In this document: in pieces, positions 38,500-52,252 of the stretch
How positions within the stretch are numbered: position 1 is the first letter of the stretch
How the letters are laid out: each line of letters starts with the position of its first letter
NCBI GenBank assembly: GCA_951406725.2
Contig: OX597817.1
Location: forward strand, 85,374,001 to 85,438,000
Source: Octopus vulgaris
Lineage: Eukaryota
Direction of reading: 5' to 3'
Length of the DNA stretch: 64,000 nt
Position numbers and translations under genes: made by a program
The notes under the pieces: model-generated
Database searches by the model: none
Seen by the model: the letters and a program-made list of their open reading frames with translations, nothing else
What the model was told of the DNA's origin: nothing

Positions 38500-39900
38500 A
38501 CAAAAGAATGAGACCTCGATATTAGAGAAATAGAGGATTTTTTTATATATGTTATAATTTAGAACAAACAGTAAAAGGTTGTTATTATAGTACTTAGAAT
38601 TTCAAATGCCAGGGCAAAGAACTATGATACATTCTCAAACCCTATAGGAAGCCCAACGATAGACTTAGTTATATTAATGTAGGTTCCTGTCACCACCATC
38701 ATCCATAGTGTTTAAGAATTTAGTTAAGAATATTAGTAGGAGAATTTCTTGCCTCTCCTCCAATATAAACATATTTAATAATGCTGCTCCACTATATGGC
38801 AATGCCCTTAAAGCTAGTGAATTTAAAGAGGAAATAGCTTACATGCCTACTTACATGCCTCATTCTCTTTCTCTTTGAATTGTTCCTATTATTCAAATGA
38901 ACAACAATAAAGTGTTAAATGATGTGAGTTGCAGCATTTAAAAAACCATGAGAAGACAGTTCCAAAGGACAATAATCCTTAAAATTTTGAGTACATGTAT
39001 TATATGAAGGAAACTTAGGTTTGGGAAACAAATGATGAGTGGTGTAAGAAATATTTTAGAAGGAAGTTAGGAGTGCAAGTTGTGACTTCTTAGAACCAGA
39101 GTTCATTAGAGAGGCAATAGAGCAGAAATAAAGACAAGAAAACATACACACAAGAAAATTATATGGTTCACACCCCCTTACTCCCCCAAAGTGACCTTTA
39201 ATATAGGTAAATATTTCTTGTCACGTATAGATAAACATTTTCTAATACAGCACAAATATAGAAAATTCTTTAATACACATAACATAAAAATTAGTTTTAG
39301 TTCCACCCTGAACTTCAAAAGCATTATTACGCAAAACAGTACAACACAACAAATTGAAGCTGGCTGTTCCTGCAGAGATAAAGACTTGTGCCTACTAAAT
39401 GGAGCCTATATAATCAAGGCCATTATTTATGAGGCCACAGTAAATTCCACAAACGCTAATAATACAGTTACATCTGAGAGATATGTGGGTCTCACAGAGG
39501 GAAATTCCAAAGTAAGTTTCAACAATCACGCCTTAAGCTTCAGACACTGCAATAAACGAAAAACTACCAAATTATCCAGTTATATATGGTTTCTAAAAGA
39601 ACAAGGTATCAACTACAGGATTTACTGGAAGATCATAGCCAAGTGCAAATTTTATACCAACAGTAGTGGCAAGTGCGGTCTTTGTAATATGGAAAGATGG
39701 CTCATCTGGAAAAGTTCCTTAGACCCCACTACATGTTTGAATTCAAGAAATACCTGTTACGATTTTTGGCCCCGAAAGGTCACAGCTAGAATCCACATTT
39801 CGACTATGTTCCTGCATAAGCTTTTGGATATGTTTTAAGTTCCATTAATTTTTAATTTTTCAATTTTTTTTTTATATTTTTATATATTTTTATATATTTT
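38500..39900 (+). mobile_element. Penelope-like element fragment: RT thumb + CxCx5C linker + GIY-YIG (possibly Hydra-type clade)
   Basis: PYRKPNDRLSYIN; NISRRISCLSSNINIFNNAAPLY; IIWFTPPYS; GCSCRDKDLCLLNG; IIYEATV..RYVGLTEG..FNNH..SF..TKLSSYIWFLK..WKII..CGLCNMER..LNSR. Interrupted at ~38860-39121. Confidence 0.88.
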
Positions 39901-40065
39901 TAATTTTTTCCTTTTTCCTTTGTAATTGTGTGAGTGTATATATGTGTGTGTATATGTATGTATATATATTATATGTGTATGTGTGTGTGTGTATATATGT
40001 GTATATATATATATATATATATACATATATATGTATATGTGTGTGTATATATATATATATACACA

Positions 40066-40097
<32 letters not shown>

Positions 40098-40099
<2 letters not shown>

Positions 40100-41410
40100 A
40101 GAGGGTACCCAAAAGAAACCAGAATTTTCCAATATTATTTTATTCACCTAGTTTTACATATCTACATTTTTATTGCCTTCAAAGTATTTTCCATTTGAAG
40201 CAATGCATCAGTCCAGATGCATTTTCCACTGTTTAAAGCAGTCCTGGAACTCTTGCAAAGTGATGCCTTTTAATGCTTTTGTCATTTTTTTCTTCACCAC
40301 TTCCACATCTTTAAGGACATTTTTCATTCAGGAAAACAGAAAAAAGTTGCAGGCAGCACAATCAGACAAATAGGGAGAGTAGGTAAGCAAGGTCGTGCCA
40401 TTTTTGGCAAAAACTGTCTCACACTCAAGGTAGTATATGCAGGTGCATTGTTGTGAGGAAACTATCATTCTCCACTTTGCCACAGGTCAGGGCATCTTTG
40501 CCTCACCACATCTTGCAAACACTTCAGAACTGTTAAGTAACATGTCTGGTTAGCAGTTTGATCAGGAGGAACAAATTCTGTGCGAACAATTTCTTTTGCA
40601 TCAATGAAACAAATCAGAATCGTCTTGATATTTGACTTCATGTGATGCACTTTTTGTGGGTGTGGTGACATTGAATGTTTCCATTGACTTGATCGTTGCT
40701 TCATTCCTGGGTCATAGCCATAGCACTACCTTTTGTTACCAGTGATGACCTTTGAAAAAAGGTTCAGATCAACTCCCAACTGTTTTTTTCTGTTCATGAC
40801 ATGCATTTTTTTGTGACTGCTTTTAATCTTCCATGAGCAAGCAAGGCACAAATATTGGTGTAACTCTATTCATTCATAATTCTTCACTCAAAATTTGTTA
40901 GCAGGAGTACGAGGATGCACCAGTCATACCAACAAGTTTATCAATTGTTCAGTGACAATCTTCCAAGATCAGTTCATGAATTTTTGCGATGTTTTAATTC
41001 ATTTAGGAAGTCGACAGTCAACCTGAATGAGGTAGGTCTTCAAGTGACAAGTGATCATTCCTAAAGCATGAAAACCACTCATAAACTTGTGTTTTGCTCA
41101 TGGCAGCATCCTTGTAAACTGTTTGAAATATGACAGCTGTTTCAGCCCCCATTTTCCTCAGCAGAAAACAGAATTTCATGGAAGTATGCTGTTTCTTCGT
41201 TTCAGCCATCGCAAAAATCAACAAACTGGGGAGAAGCACTGCAAAACAAAGATGCACCACATGGCAGTACAACTTCACCTGTCGCTGCCAGTTGGCAGAC
41301 TTATGCCTGAGGATCACATCAAGTGGCCTCCAGTGGTAGTGGTAGAAGTCTGAACTACAACAGGCTTATCCCACAGAGAACATTTCCAGTTACTTTTGGG
41401 TACTCCCTTG
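40098..41410 (-). mobile_element. Near full-length (~1.3 kb) mariner transposon, transposase pseudogene
   Basis: Imperfect ~30-bp TIRs CAAG(A/G)G(G/A)GTACCCAAAAG at 40098-40127 and 41381-41410; MSKTQVYEWF, VITGN..YDP..KQRSSQWK, HNNAPAH, PYSP; many stops. Confidence 0.92.
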
Positions 41411-41592
41411 TGTGTGTGTGTATATATATACACACACAATGAGCTTCTTTCAGTTCTTGTCTACCAAATCCATTTACAATGCTTTGGTTAGACCAGAGCT
41501 ATAGTGAAATTCACTTACTCAAGGTACCAAATGGTGGGATTGAACCTGAAACCATGGGATAGGCAATCAAACTTCTTAACAACACAGCCGCA
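41411..41592 (-). mobile_element. SINE head (5' half of the SINE whose tail is at 38140)
   Basis: gagcttctttcagttcttgtctaccaaatcc ... tgggattgaacctgaaaccatgg ... cttcttaacaacacagcc. Confidence 0.78.
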
Positions 41593-42308
41593 GTAGTAAA
41601 AGCCAATAAACATAAATTATAACAAAAGCCTTCACCATCATCATCAAGACTGTACAAAATTATCTTCTGAAGTGAAAGAGAATGAGCTAGTTGAGTTTTA
41701 TTTACTTTAGGTAGAACTTGTCATTTACCTGACAGAAAAAATAATTAAAAAATCAGTTGAACTAAACATGAAGTGAATCTGAAATTTGTTTAAAATATTT
41801 TAAATAATGTTTGTTAAAATATAAATAATATGGTCTTTTCTGCTTCCATCATTGAAACTTGATATTTTAGTTTGGGAGTGGCAAGCTTTTGACATATTGA
41901 AATTGATTTTATAATAGTACATTATGGGTAGTTGTGTGTGTGTGTTTCTGTATTCAAATTTGTCTAATATATCATAAAGCTTTCAAAGCTGACATTAATT
42001 TCAGTAAAAACAAAACAAAGCAAAGATACTTCACAATTTGATAACAACAACATCAATAAAAATGATGATGATGATGATGATGATGATAGTATGCCAGAAG
42101 ATTTTTCTCAATTGATGTCTCAAATGACTACATTATTTTTTTTCCTTCAATAATATAATAAACTGTAACTTTTCATTGTAATAAGTTTTGTAGCATAATC
42201 AATATTGTTTCTTTGTGTGCACGTGTGCATGTGTGTTGTGTGTGTGTATATGTGCATGCATATATGTGTGTGTATGTGAAGGAAATATAATTAGCTTAAT
42301 GCCTAAAT

Positions 42309-42836
<528 letters not shown>

Positions 42837-42883
42837 TTGTAAAAAATGAAGTTCGAAAATGCTGCTGTATTATACAATTTTTA

Positions 42884-42923
<40 letters not shown>

Positions 42924-43458
42924 CCCTCAATACTTTTCTTTATTCATTATATATGCATACACACTTCCTCACACTTTCCCATCTCCCACTCATCTAAACA
43001 CTCTTGCAACCTGACTTACCTACACTCCTCATTTCTCTGACCTCACAAATTTCTACTCAGTTCATGCCTTGAGAGTCCACCTAGACACTTCATCATCATT
43101 ATTTTTATCTCTTCTCAGCTCTATGTAAATTACCCCCACTCTCATAGCTCCTTTACATCAACATACCTGTTCTACTCTGATCCCTTCTCAGATACTTTAA
43201 TCTCTCATTTCTTGCATAAAGTCATCTCTCTCAGTAGCATGAGATCTCACTAATGCTGGTGCCATGAAAAAAGCACCCAGTACACATTCTAAAGTGGTTG
43301 GTGTCAGGAACAGCATCCAGCCATGGAAGTTATAGCAAAGTAGACAATGGAACAATGTAGTCCTTGACATATCAAGATCTTGTCAAACTGCCCAACTCAT
43401 GCCAGCATAGAACATGAACATTACATACTTGCACAAACACATACATTTCACTTCATTG

Positions 43459-43509
<51 letters not shown>

Positions 43510-43929
43510 GGAGAGAGAGAGAGACTCTTCTGCTTATTCTAAGGTTATCCCTACTTGTCTTCTAGCAATTACAGGTCAATATAAAGAACAACATAACTAA
43601 ATGCTTGCTATATTGCAGTCTTTTTATACTGTTTCCTTATATTTCTATAAGCTATGTATTTTGCTCCTTTTACAAAAGAATTTTAAAAATAGAAACATAT
43701 TCATTACAAGAGAAATGCATTATGATTGGGGAGAACTGTTTTTTTCTTATCATTGGCAATAAATCTCAATAATCTTAATATGTCTGTGGGTGGGTGCAAG
43801 GAGCCAAATAACACATAAATTATATATGCATATGCATATACATACATAATATATGTATATATGTGTGTGCATGTATATACATATATATATATGTAAATGT
43901 ATATGTAAATATATATATGCATTTATGTG

Positions 43930-43975
<46 letters not shown>

Positions 43976-45819
43976 TACATACATAGACACACACACGCAC
44001 ATATATGCATAGTATATATATATGTGTGTAATATATATATATATATATATGAAATCTTCAAACTAATCATCTACCAACTGACCTACTTTGCTCTTATTCT
44101 ACTTCAAACTGATAAAATGGAATCGGTCTGTCTATAATCAGGTCTCTGTCTCCATTTCATCTAAGAGATGATAATTCTACCAAGTTGTTCCATAACTTTC
44201 ATTTACATACACTCACACACACACATAAATATATATATATATATGTTCATATAAATTGTGTGTGTGTGTATTTCTTTTACAACATGAATGAGTGTGCTCA
44301 TTGTGTCCATATCCAGCAGTGATAATCATCTATAGATTTATTACATTCAACCCTCATCACTATTATTGAACAGTATATTCTCCAATCAACCTAAAGTTAT
44401 TTTAACTCTTTGAACTCAGAATATCAGTTTTCCAATCATTTTAAGTACTCCATTAGAGCCAAAGTATCTTTTTTGCTGTAAATAAATTTCGTGAAAATCT
44501 GTCATTGAAATACAATTTGCACCCCTGCATAGGATCATAGAAAATATTTAAGGTTATTGTATAAACAACAAAATGCCTTTTATTTTCTACAAGAATAATA
44601 ATTAACTAGCTTAGATCAACATATATATGTACACATGGGGTACAGTAGTTTACATGAGGCATTTATCTTAATGAACTGATCATTTCAAAGACTGGGGAAA
44701 CTAAATGAGCAAATGCCAAGGGCTGATTGTAATTGGCAGATAGGGAAAATGAAATCCAATAAGAAATGTATCTCTTTAAGCAAAATTGATCAAAGAGTGC
44801 ATATCAAAGGGAGACAAATTTTCACTTTTCTAATCAATAGATGAATTGGAGAAGCACTAGTATAAAATGGCCTGATCATGTTGATTATAACTAAGTAATA
44901 ATATTAGAATTATTTTAATGGTGTACAACTACTACTACTACTACTACATAATTATCTCTATAAATTCCTTTGTTAGCTTGATAGTAATTATAGTGTATTA
45001 TCATCATGTAAAGTCCAGTGGGTGGTGAATGGATTGATGGAAACAGGGTCATAATATCAATGCTCTTTTCAGACTTCCTAGGGTAGTAGTAGTAGTAGTA
45101 GTAGTAGCAGCAGTAGAATCAGTTGCAGTAACAGCAATAGCTGCAAGACCACTACTACTAACATAAGTGCCGGAATGAAATTTGCTTAGGCAGTGCAAAC
45201 CAGTTTTTCAGGAGGATGTTCAATGCATTTTCATTACACCCCTAAAATTTGGGCGGGAGGGTGCACTTGCCTCCCACCCCACATCCCCTATTCTCAAGCC
45301 TACAACTACCAACAATATTCCAATTCCAGCTAATGCAATTGAGCCAAGAAAGGAAACTTCAACATGGTCACTCTGCCCATTAGAAATAATATCCAAATCT
45401 TCATCAAAATACTTCCTACCATCTTAAAAAAGGAAGAAAATATTACCTAATGTAGTTCAGAGTACAGTGGAGAAAAGTTAAGATGAGCATGGCTAGGCTG
45501 CACTTGAACATAGATCTACTCAGTCAAAATGGACTCAGTGTTAAGTAATAACAGCTGAAAACACACCAGTAAATTTACATTAGATTTCTATTTATCTGAA
45601 TGCAACATAGTGTTTCTGTTAACTAATTAATAAGCTAATTAATATTCATTTGCACTTTTATTGCTATCAAAGCAATTTAGTTCTCTAAATTTAATTTTGT
45701 GTCTGCCTGGATCGTTGTATGTGTAGCAGGAACTTTAAACCTTCCTTTAACATATTTCTGTTAAAAAATCAGTCTTTGTTTTTTGAAAGTCTTGAAGAAT
45801 TTCACAAACCAACTTTGTA

Positions 45820-45966
45820 CATTATTTACATAACTTTCATTTGAAGGATATTTGCCCTCATTTTGTTTGTTCTTAACACACGTTTCAGCTGATATACACT
45901 CCAGCCTTCATCAGGTGTCTTGGGGAAATTTCGAGCCTGGGTTTTCATTCCTAAGGTATTTTTCGA

Positions 45967-46018
<52 letters not shown>

Positions 46019-46103
46019 TTATTATTATACAGGTCACTGCCTGAAATAAAACTCAGAATATTGGGGTTTGTAGCCCATGCTCTTAACTACTGTGCCATAT
46101 ACC
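45820..46103 (-). mobile_element. tRNA-headed short element with internal (TAA)n and a hammerhead ribozyme
   Basis: Minus strand: GGTATATGGCACAGTAGTTAAGAGCATGGGCTACAAACCCCAATATTCTGAGTTTTATTTCAGGC (tRNA-like, A box and degenerate B box), (TAA)n, then gacac CTGATGA aggctg-gagtgtatat-cagct GAAAC GT gtgtt. Confidence 0.72.
45875..45920 (-). ncRNA. Minimal type I hammerhead motif
   Basis: Stem I gacac/gtgtt, CTGATGA, stem II ggctg/cagct, GAAACGT (ACGT palindrome); the cleavage-site nucleotide appears to be missing in this copy. Confidence 0.68.
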
Positions 46104-47399
46104 TGTAGAACATAACATACAATTTTAATGGAAAGTTTAAAGTAAGATCTCTTAAAACATGAAGTTTGTATCATACAACCAGAAGCAGTCTTACATGGGT
46201 TGGTATAAAAATAACTAAATACAATTTCACAGGGGTAGTAAAATAAAAGGTAAGTGATTACTGATGAAAATCTAAGAATACTTAAAATAGTATTGTCCAG
46301 TCAGTTCCTCTTTTATCATCCACAGTGAGATTGAATAAACATAGCAGACATTTACATCTGTTGTGCATATTCAGTAAATTTAATTTACAAATGTAGAGAC
46401 AGCTAAAACCTTTGGTTATATACCATAGTAAACTATCATATAAATTAGGTTCCATCCCAGTTGTGTATAAGTATAATTTACTGGTCAATCTATAGTCAGA
46501 AAAATGAGTAACTAACTTCTGATTGAGGAGTAAAATAAAATAAGGAAACTAGTCAGGCTGTGTTTTTTGTTTTTTTTTGGGGGTTTTTTTGTAATCACAG
46601 AGAAAATATGTGGTGCAACCATAATATCTGCTTTTTTCAGGCCAATAAAAAAACACAAACACAAATTTTCTTAAATCTCTATTTACCTAAATACCATCTA
46701 GTGCTTCTATTAATTATAATATATCGTGTGTGTGATTGATCATCATCTTCATTTAGCATCCATTTTCTATGTTGGCATGGGTTGGACAGTTTGAAAAGAT
46801 CTGGCAAGCCACAGGGCTGCATCACGCTTCGGTATGGTTTCTACAGTTTGATGCCCTTCCTACTGCCAACCATTTTACAGTGAGTACTTGGTGATTTTTT
46901 TTTCGGGAGGTGTCACTGGCACTGGTGAGATTGCCAAGTAACTTGAAGATACAAAGAAAACAGTGAGAGAAAGGGGGAAAGGAAAAAAGATCCACTACTA
47001 AGTTGGGGGAGTATTTGAGAGGGAAGATGGTTTTATGCTAGATGCTAAAAAGCTAAAGTACAATGGGGAGACAAGCACAGGTGTCTTGCTCTAGAAGAGA
47101 TACATGGCTCCCCAACAGTATATAAGGGTGGACAGCAGTTGCCAGAAGAAGATAAAGATGGTAGTGATGTGGTACCAGAGCAAACTCTTAAAGTACGAGA
47201 AGGTGAACATTTGAGAGAATATGGCCAATGTGACAGAGTAAAGAAGGGGGTAAGTAGTATCATAAGAGTGTGAGAGGAGTATAATAGATGGTTAGATAAG
47301 AAACTTGGTGCCCTATTGATCAAATATCAACCAGCTTGATGTCTTTCATAAGCAATGTCTTTGGACCATTTGTGGACACAGCTTGAATGACTGAATTTC

Positions 47400-47690
47400 A
47401 AATATTAACTCATTCTGTAAATGTAAAATGAATAGTATTGCGTCTCCATTTTTGCAATCTCAATTAAGATGGATTGATCATGTTGTCATTCTTACATGAC
47501 CAATCCATTTTAATTGAATTCCAAAAGTTCTTATGTATAGCCAACTTCATGATGGAAGGAGAAGCACAAGAAGACTATGACTCATATACAAACTCAAAGA
47601 TAACCTGAAGTCAACAAAAATTCCCACAGGAACATTTAAAAAAAAAATGCATTGAATCACATTGGATAGAGCTAACTTGCTAAATGCCAT
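47400..47690 (+). mobile_element. RTE (BovB-like) LINE C-terminal fragment
   Basis: QSQLRWIDHVV..IPKVLMYSQLHDGRRSTRR..YKLKDNLK. Confidence 0.65.
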
Positions 47691-47699
47691 ATTTTCTCA

Positions 47700-48120
47700 A
47701 TTTTTTTTTGTCTTCATTGGTTTCAAGCACTTCCAGCAGATCAGAGCAGACTTATATCCTTCTGGATGTCAACTGCTGAGGTACCCAATTTGTACACTTT
47801 CTTATATCCAGAGTTCTCCACTATCTTCTTTAATATATTGTTACACAATCCAATTATGCAGCAAGCTCACACACTGTGATTCATCTGTCCATGTGAATCA
47901 ATTCGTCCACATGCTGGTAATTCATGTCAGTGGTCAGAGTTGTTGGTATCTCACCACATGGTTTGTCTGCAATGCTGGCTTCTCCTTTCATAAATTTTTT
48001 TCATTTATCTGTGCCCTTTACTTTTGTCCATAGTGCCACTTCCATAAACAGCCTGTATCCTTCTATGGATGTTGGTCAGCCTGCAACCCTCTTTAACAAG
48101 AGCTTCTACTTGAAATCCAT
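47700..48120 (-). mobile_element. mariner transposase N-terminal fragment
   Basis: IHRRIQAVYG..MDKS..GEASIADKP..HVDELIHMDR*ITVCELA..GYKKV..WVPQQLT. Confidence 0.75.
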
Positions 48121-49419
48121 CATTTGCTTGCAATTAAAAGAATAGGAAGAATAGTTATTTTATAGCAAGAATCACTCTACCTACCAACATGTACTATTTG
48201 AACACCCTATGTCAATCAATAAAAAAAAAGCTATACCCACTTTTGCATTACTTTCAAGACAACACTTGCATATAAAATATAACTTCAAAGCAAAATGCAA
48301 ACAAATTATTCAAACAACTTTCACGATAAACTGTCTTCCTGTTGTTCTTATCTTTATCGTTTTATATTGGCTTTTTCAATACTGGTGTTGATTATATCTT
48401 TCTCTAACTATTGAACACAATAAGACACTTTGTTTTCAACTTATTTTGAAAATAACCATGAGAAGATAGCTTGCACCACCCTAATCCTTCTTCAGAAGAA
48501 AAGTGGAGAGTTAAAGCATCTCACTATCTTTTCCATTAAATATAAAACATGGTTAAACATGAAAAATGACACTAAAATCCAGCTGCCAACGTTTATAGAT
48601 CCATAATTTATAAAGTCCTAATAAATAATTCAATATCTTATAAACGACAATTCAAATTGTCTTTTCTTATTTGTTTTTAAATACTGGAAAAGAATATAAA
48701 ACAAGGCTGAAATGACTTTAATAATAATACTATAAAAATGTAAAAATAAAATATAAATAAAATAATTAAATTAATTCTAAAACATCAGAGGCCAAGAAAT
48801 CAGGGACAAAGACTGCAACCAATTTGGAAAGAATTATTCTTAACAAGTGTCCCTTGGCAATTTTGAATTGACTTTTTTTTTTCTTATGAATGTCTCTTGG
48901 TGTCTCTTATATAATTTAATTTGTTTAAATATTCTTTAGTTCTTGAGTGCTTCTACAATATCATAGTATATTTTATATTATTGATTAATATATTCTATTA
49001 TAGAACTTAACATCTTCTGGAGTATTGTTTGTTAACATATTATAATATTGATTATAACTAACATTTTCAGTAATACTGCTGGTAAACAAAGACTGTCAAC
49101 ATATTCGTTTTAAACAGCAATCAGTGTTATTAGCGATTATCTTTTCATTTTAGGTTAACTAAGTTCATTGTGTTTCATTGCTATGGAAGTAAACATACTA
49201 TAATGTTGTCATTGTTGTTATTGTTGTTGTTGCTTATCTCCGTGTCCAATCTCATCAAGCAGACTAGTGATTAAAGGTATTCCAACTATAGCCATCCTGT
49301 TTTATATATCCAGAATGCCATTATTGACTGTCTTTCCCTTTTTAGATATGGTTTGAGGACAATTGGCTGCTATTTCTAGAAGAGTGAATAACCACTTAGA
49401 AACTTGCTTATTAGGAGCT

Positions 49420-49790
49420 GGTAGAACAACTGGAGCATTGGGGAGGGAAAAGCTTTGCATTTTACATTCCAGTTGTCTACAGTCAGTTTATATCCTGATG
49501 AGGTTAACTTTGCCTTACATTCATTTTGAGATTGATAATACTAACTACCAGTTGAGTACTGGGATCAATATAATCAACTAACACCCTCCTCCTAAAATTG
49601 CTATCCTTGTGCCAGCCAGAATCATCAGAGCACTGGAAAATTGCTTTGTGGCATTTCTTCCAGCTCTTTATATTCTAAGTTCAAATCCCACCGAGATCAA
49701 CTTTGCTGTTCATTTTTTGGTGGGGGGGTCAATAAAACAAAGTATCAGCTGAGTATTGGGGTCAATGTTATTAACTAATCCCTTCCCCCA
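49420..49790 (+). mobile_element. Two tandem degenerate SINE family C copies
   Basis: agttcaaatcccaccgagatcaactttgctgttcat ... tcaataaaacaaagtatcagctgagtattggggtcaatg; same family as 53400-55650. Confidence 0.65.
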
Positions 49791-51464
49791 AACTAAAACC
49801 ATAAAAAATTTCATCTCCTTCTCTGACAACTTTGCCAATTTTCCATTATATGTATGTTTCTATGTTTTTGTGTGTGTATATATATAAGCATATATGCATA
49901 TATACACACATATGCACTCACTCACACATACACATGCACACATTATAAGTGGAACCTATTTCTCAGATTCTAAGGTAATTGCAGAAAATTATGGAGTGCT
50001 AACATTTACAAAAGATAGAATATCAAAGTGGCTAAGAATTAGATATATCTTTCTTCTTTCTTGACAATTCAATGACCAGTTTAGCCACTGGCCAGGAAAA
50101 AAAGAATTACATTCATTGGTTAATATATTCTATTACCTGACTGGTTTAGTGATTTTATAATTTATTTGCTGCCTTAAATTATTTTCCCTAAATAAATAAC
50201 TACTTTATAAATAAATAACTACTATATAAATGAATAACTACTTCTTAAAATTTATATGATTACCATAGTATGAATCATCATCATTGTTGTCATCATCATC
50301 ATTTTAATTACCACTTTTCCATGCTTTAATGAGACAGATGGAATTCATTGAGGCAAATTTTCTATGGCCAGCTGCCCTTACCGTCACCAACCCTCACCTA
50401 CTTCTAAGTTAAGTTAATAATATTTCACCCAAGCCAGACATATTTTTACAGAAGATTGGAAATAAAGGACACAGATTGTATGATAGTGATGCTTTACAAC
50501 TATCGTGTAATATCATGGAAAAGAGACACTAATACATACACACAAACATATACATACACACATATACACACAAATTTCTCAACCACACAGCTATTATGTT
50601 TTAAACAACCATGTCAAAAGAAATTTAGCTAGGGAAAGGGGAATAGAATGGTCAGTATAGCAGGATGTATGTATTCATCGAACGCAGAATGATAAATGAT
50701 GTTGCATGTCTGGAGTAGTTTTATATTTTATATATAACCTGTGATCACTATAATGGTGACTGGAATAAGATTGAAGGTGTAAATTTTTGGTGCCATATTT
50801 TTCATTTCCTTTATCCAAGATTCATTCTTCACATTTATTTCATATTAATATCTAATAAATTATTCATTAAGAAAATTCCTGACGTTTTTAAGTACTCACT
50901 TCCTGATTTCCTTTGTAAACAGGAAAGAGCCAGATCATGAAAGAAATAATAAAACTATATTTTATAGGTTCCCATTAAATTATTTACTAAATGAAGCTCT
51001 GTTTTGGTGAAGACAAGATTTGTTTTGATCTGAATTGTATATGAAGGAACATTAGATTGAATTTCTGGACAAGAATGGTTGTATCAGAAATGCTTCAATT
51101 CTTTTACACATTCCAAATGTTTACACAAATGACATACAAAAGAATGTTTTAGGTTTTGAGAGAAAAATAGAACAGTTTATATAGTCAAACACAACTAAAA
51201 CTGTAAGAATCATGGATAGAATAATTTTCTTCCTTGTCACAGTTTCCACTCCCAATAAGAATAAACTTAGAAATGCAACTTCAACAAAAACGTCCTTGCC
51301 TACTGTTCTTGCTTCTTCTCACCATATCAATTCTTGAGTCTTCCTTTTAAATAAATAGGAATCTTATTATAGTTAGAAACATGCATTGTAGACATTGAAT
51401 ATTTCACACTCTTATTGCTTTCTACATATGTACTATACTATCACTTGAGGTTCTTCCTTAACTG

Positions 51465-51798
51465 AATGGGTAAAGACCCCCTTCGGTCATGAATGACCAT
51501 GGGATTGCACCTAGAAAGTTACCCTCCTAGACACAAGTCCGGGCAAGGTTGTTTATGGAAGACCAGCAGTCGCCCATGCATACCGGCCTCCCCTCTCCAC
51601 GCCACCAGTGTTATCCAATGGAAAGACAAAGGTCGATACAGCTTGGCACCAGTGACGTTGCAACTCATTTCTACAGCTGAGTGAACTGGAGCAACGTGAA
51701 ATAAAGTGCCTTGCTCAAGAACACAACACGCAGCCCGGTCCGAGATTCGAGCTCACAACCTCACGATCGTAAGCTCGACGCTCTGACCACTGAGCCAT
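51465..51798 (-). mobile_element. tRNA-derived SINE family D, young CpG-rich copy (degenerate copies ~29440-29625 and ~60780-60890)
   Basis: Minus strand TGGCTCAGTGGTCAGAGCGTCGAGCTTACGATCGTGAGGTTGTGAGCTCGAATCTC (A and B boxes), then gtgttcttgagcaaggcacttt (CORE-like, from memory). Confidence 0.85.
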
Positions 51799-52208
51799 TA
51801 AACCACATTATATAATAGAATATCACACCAAAAGCTGGTGGTCTTTATGATGTCACTTGCATGCATTTGGGTTATAGAAAAACATCATATAAGCAATGAT
51901 TCAGTCTACTATGCCATCAGTAGATACCATACATAGTGAAAACTTACCAAGTGATAAGAAATATTTTGGTTGGTTAGTTTCCACAGATATAGTTTGGAAA
52001 GTAATGGATGCCACAAAGTTGATCCACCCTTGTTAGATTAGTTAAAAGTCATCAGTGAAGTTTCAGTAGCCCAGTGGTTAATAGGTCCTCAGTTGTCTTA
52101 CTACCATAATGATGTTCAAATTTAATCTAATATTCAACACACTGCTTCAATACTCACTGTATATTACAGCTTAAAAAGCTTAAAATTTCAACATGACAGG
52201 TATCATCC

Positions 52209-52252
<44 letters not shown>

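Larger units (their letters stand above)
45735..46220 (-). mobile_element. Degenerate family-E-like MITE split by the tRNA-hammerhead element
   Basis: 45735-45818 and 46104-46220 align in order with the uninterrupted copy at ~59035-59258. Confidence 0.6.

Noticed and set aside
51725-51798. tRNA gene candidates (also 46030-46103 and SINE A/B heads)
   Set aside because: Cloverleaf pairing is incomplete and each continues into a repeat body; these are SINE heads, not tRNA genes.
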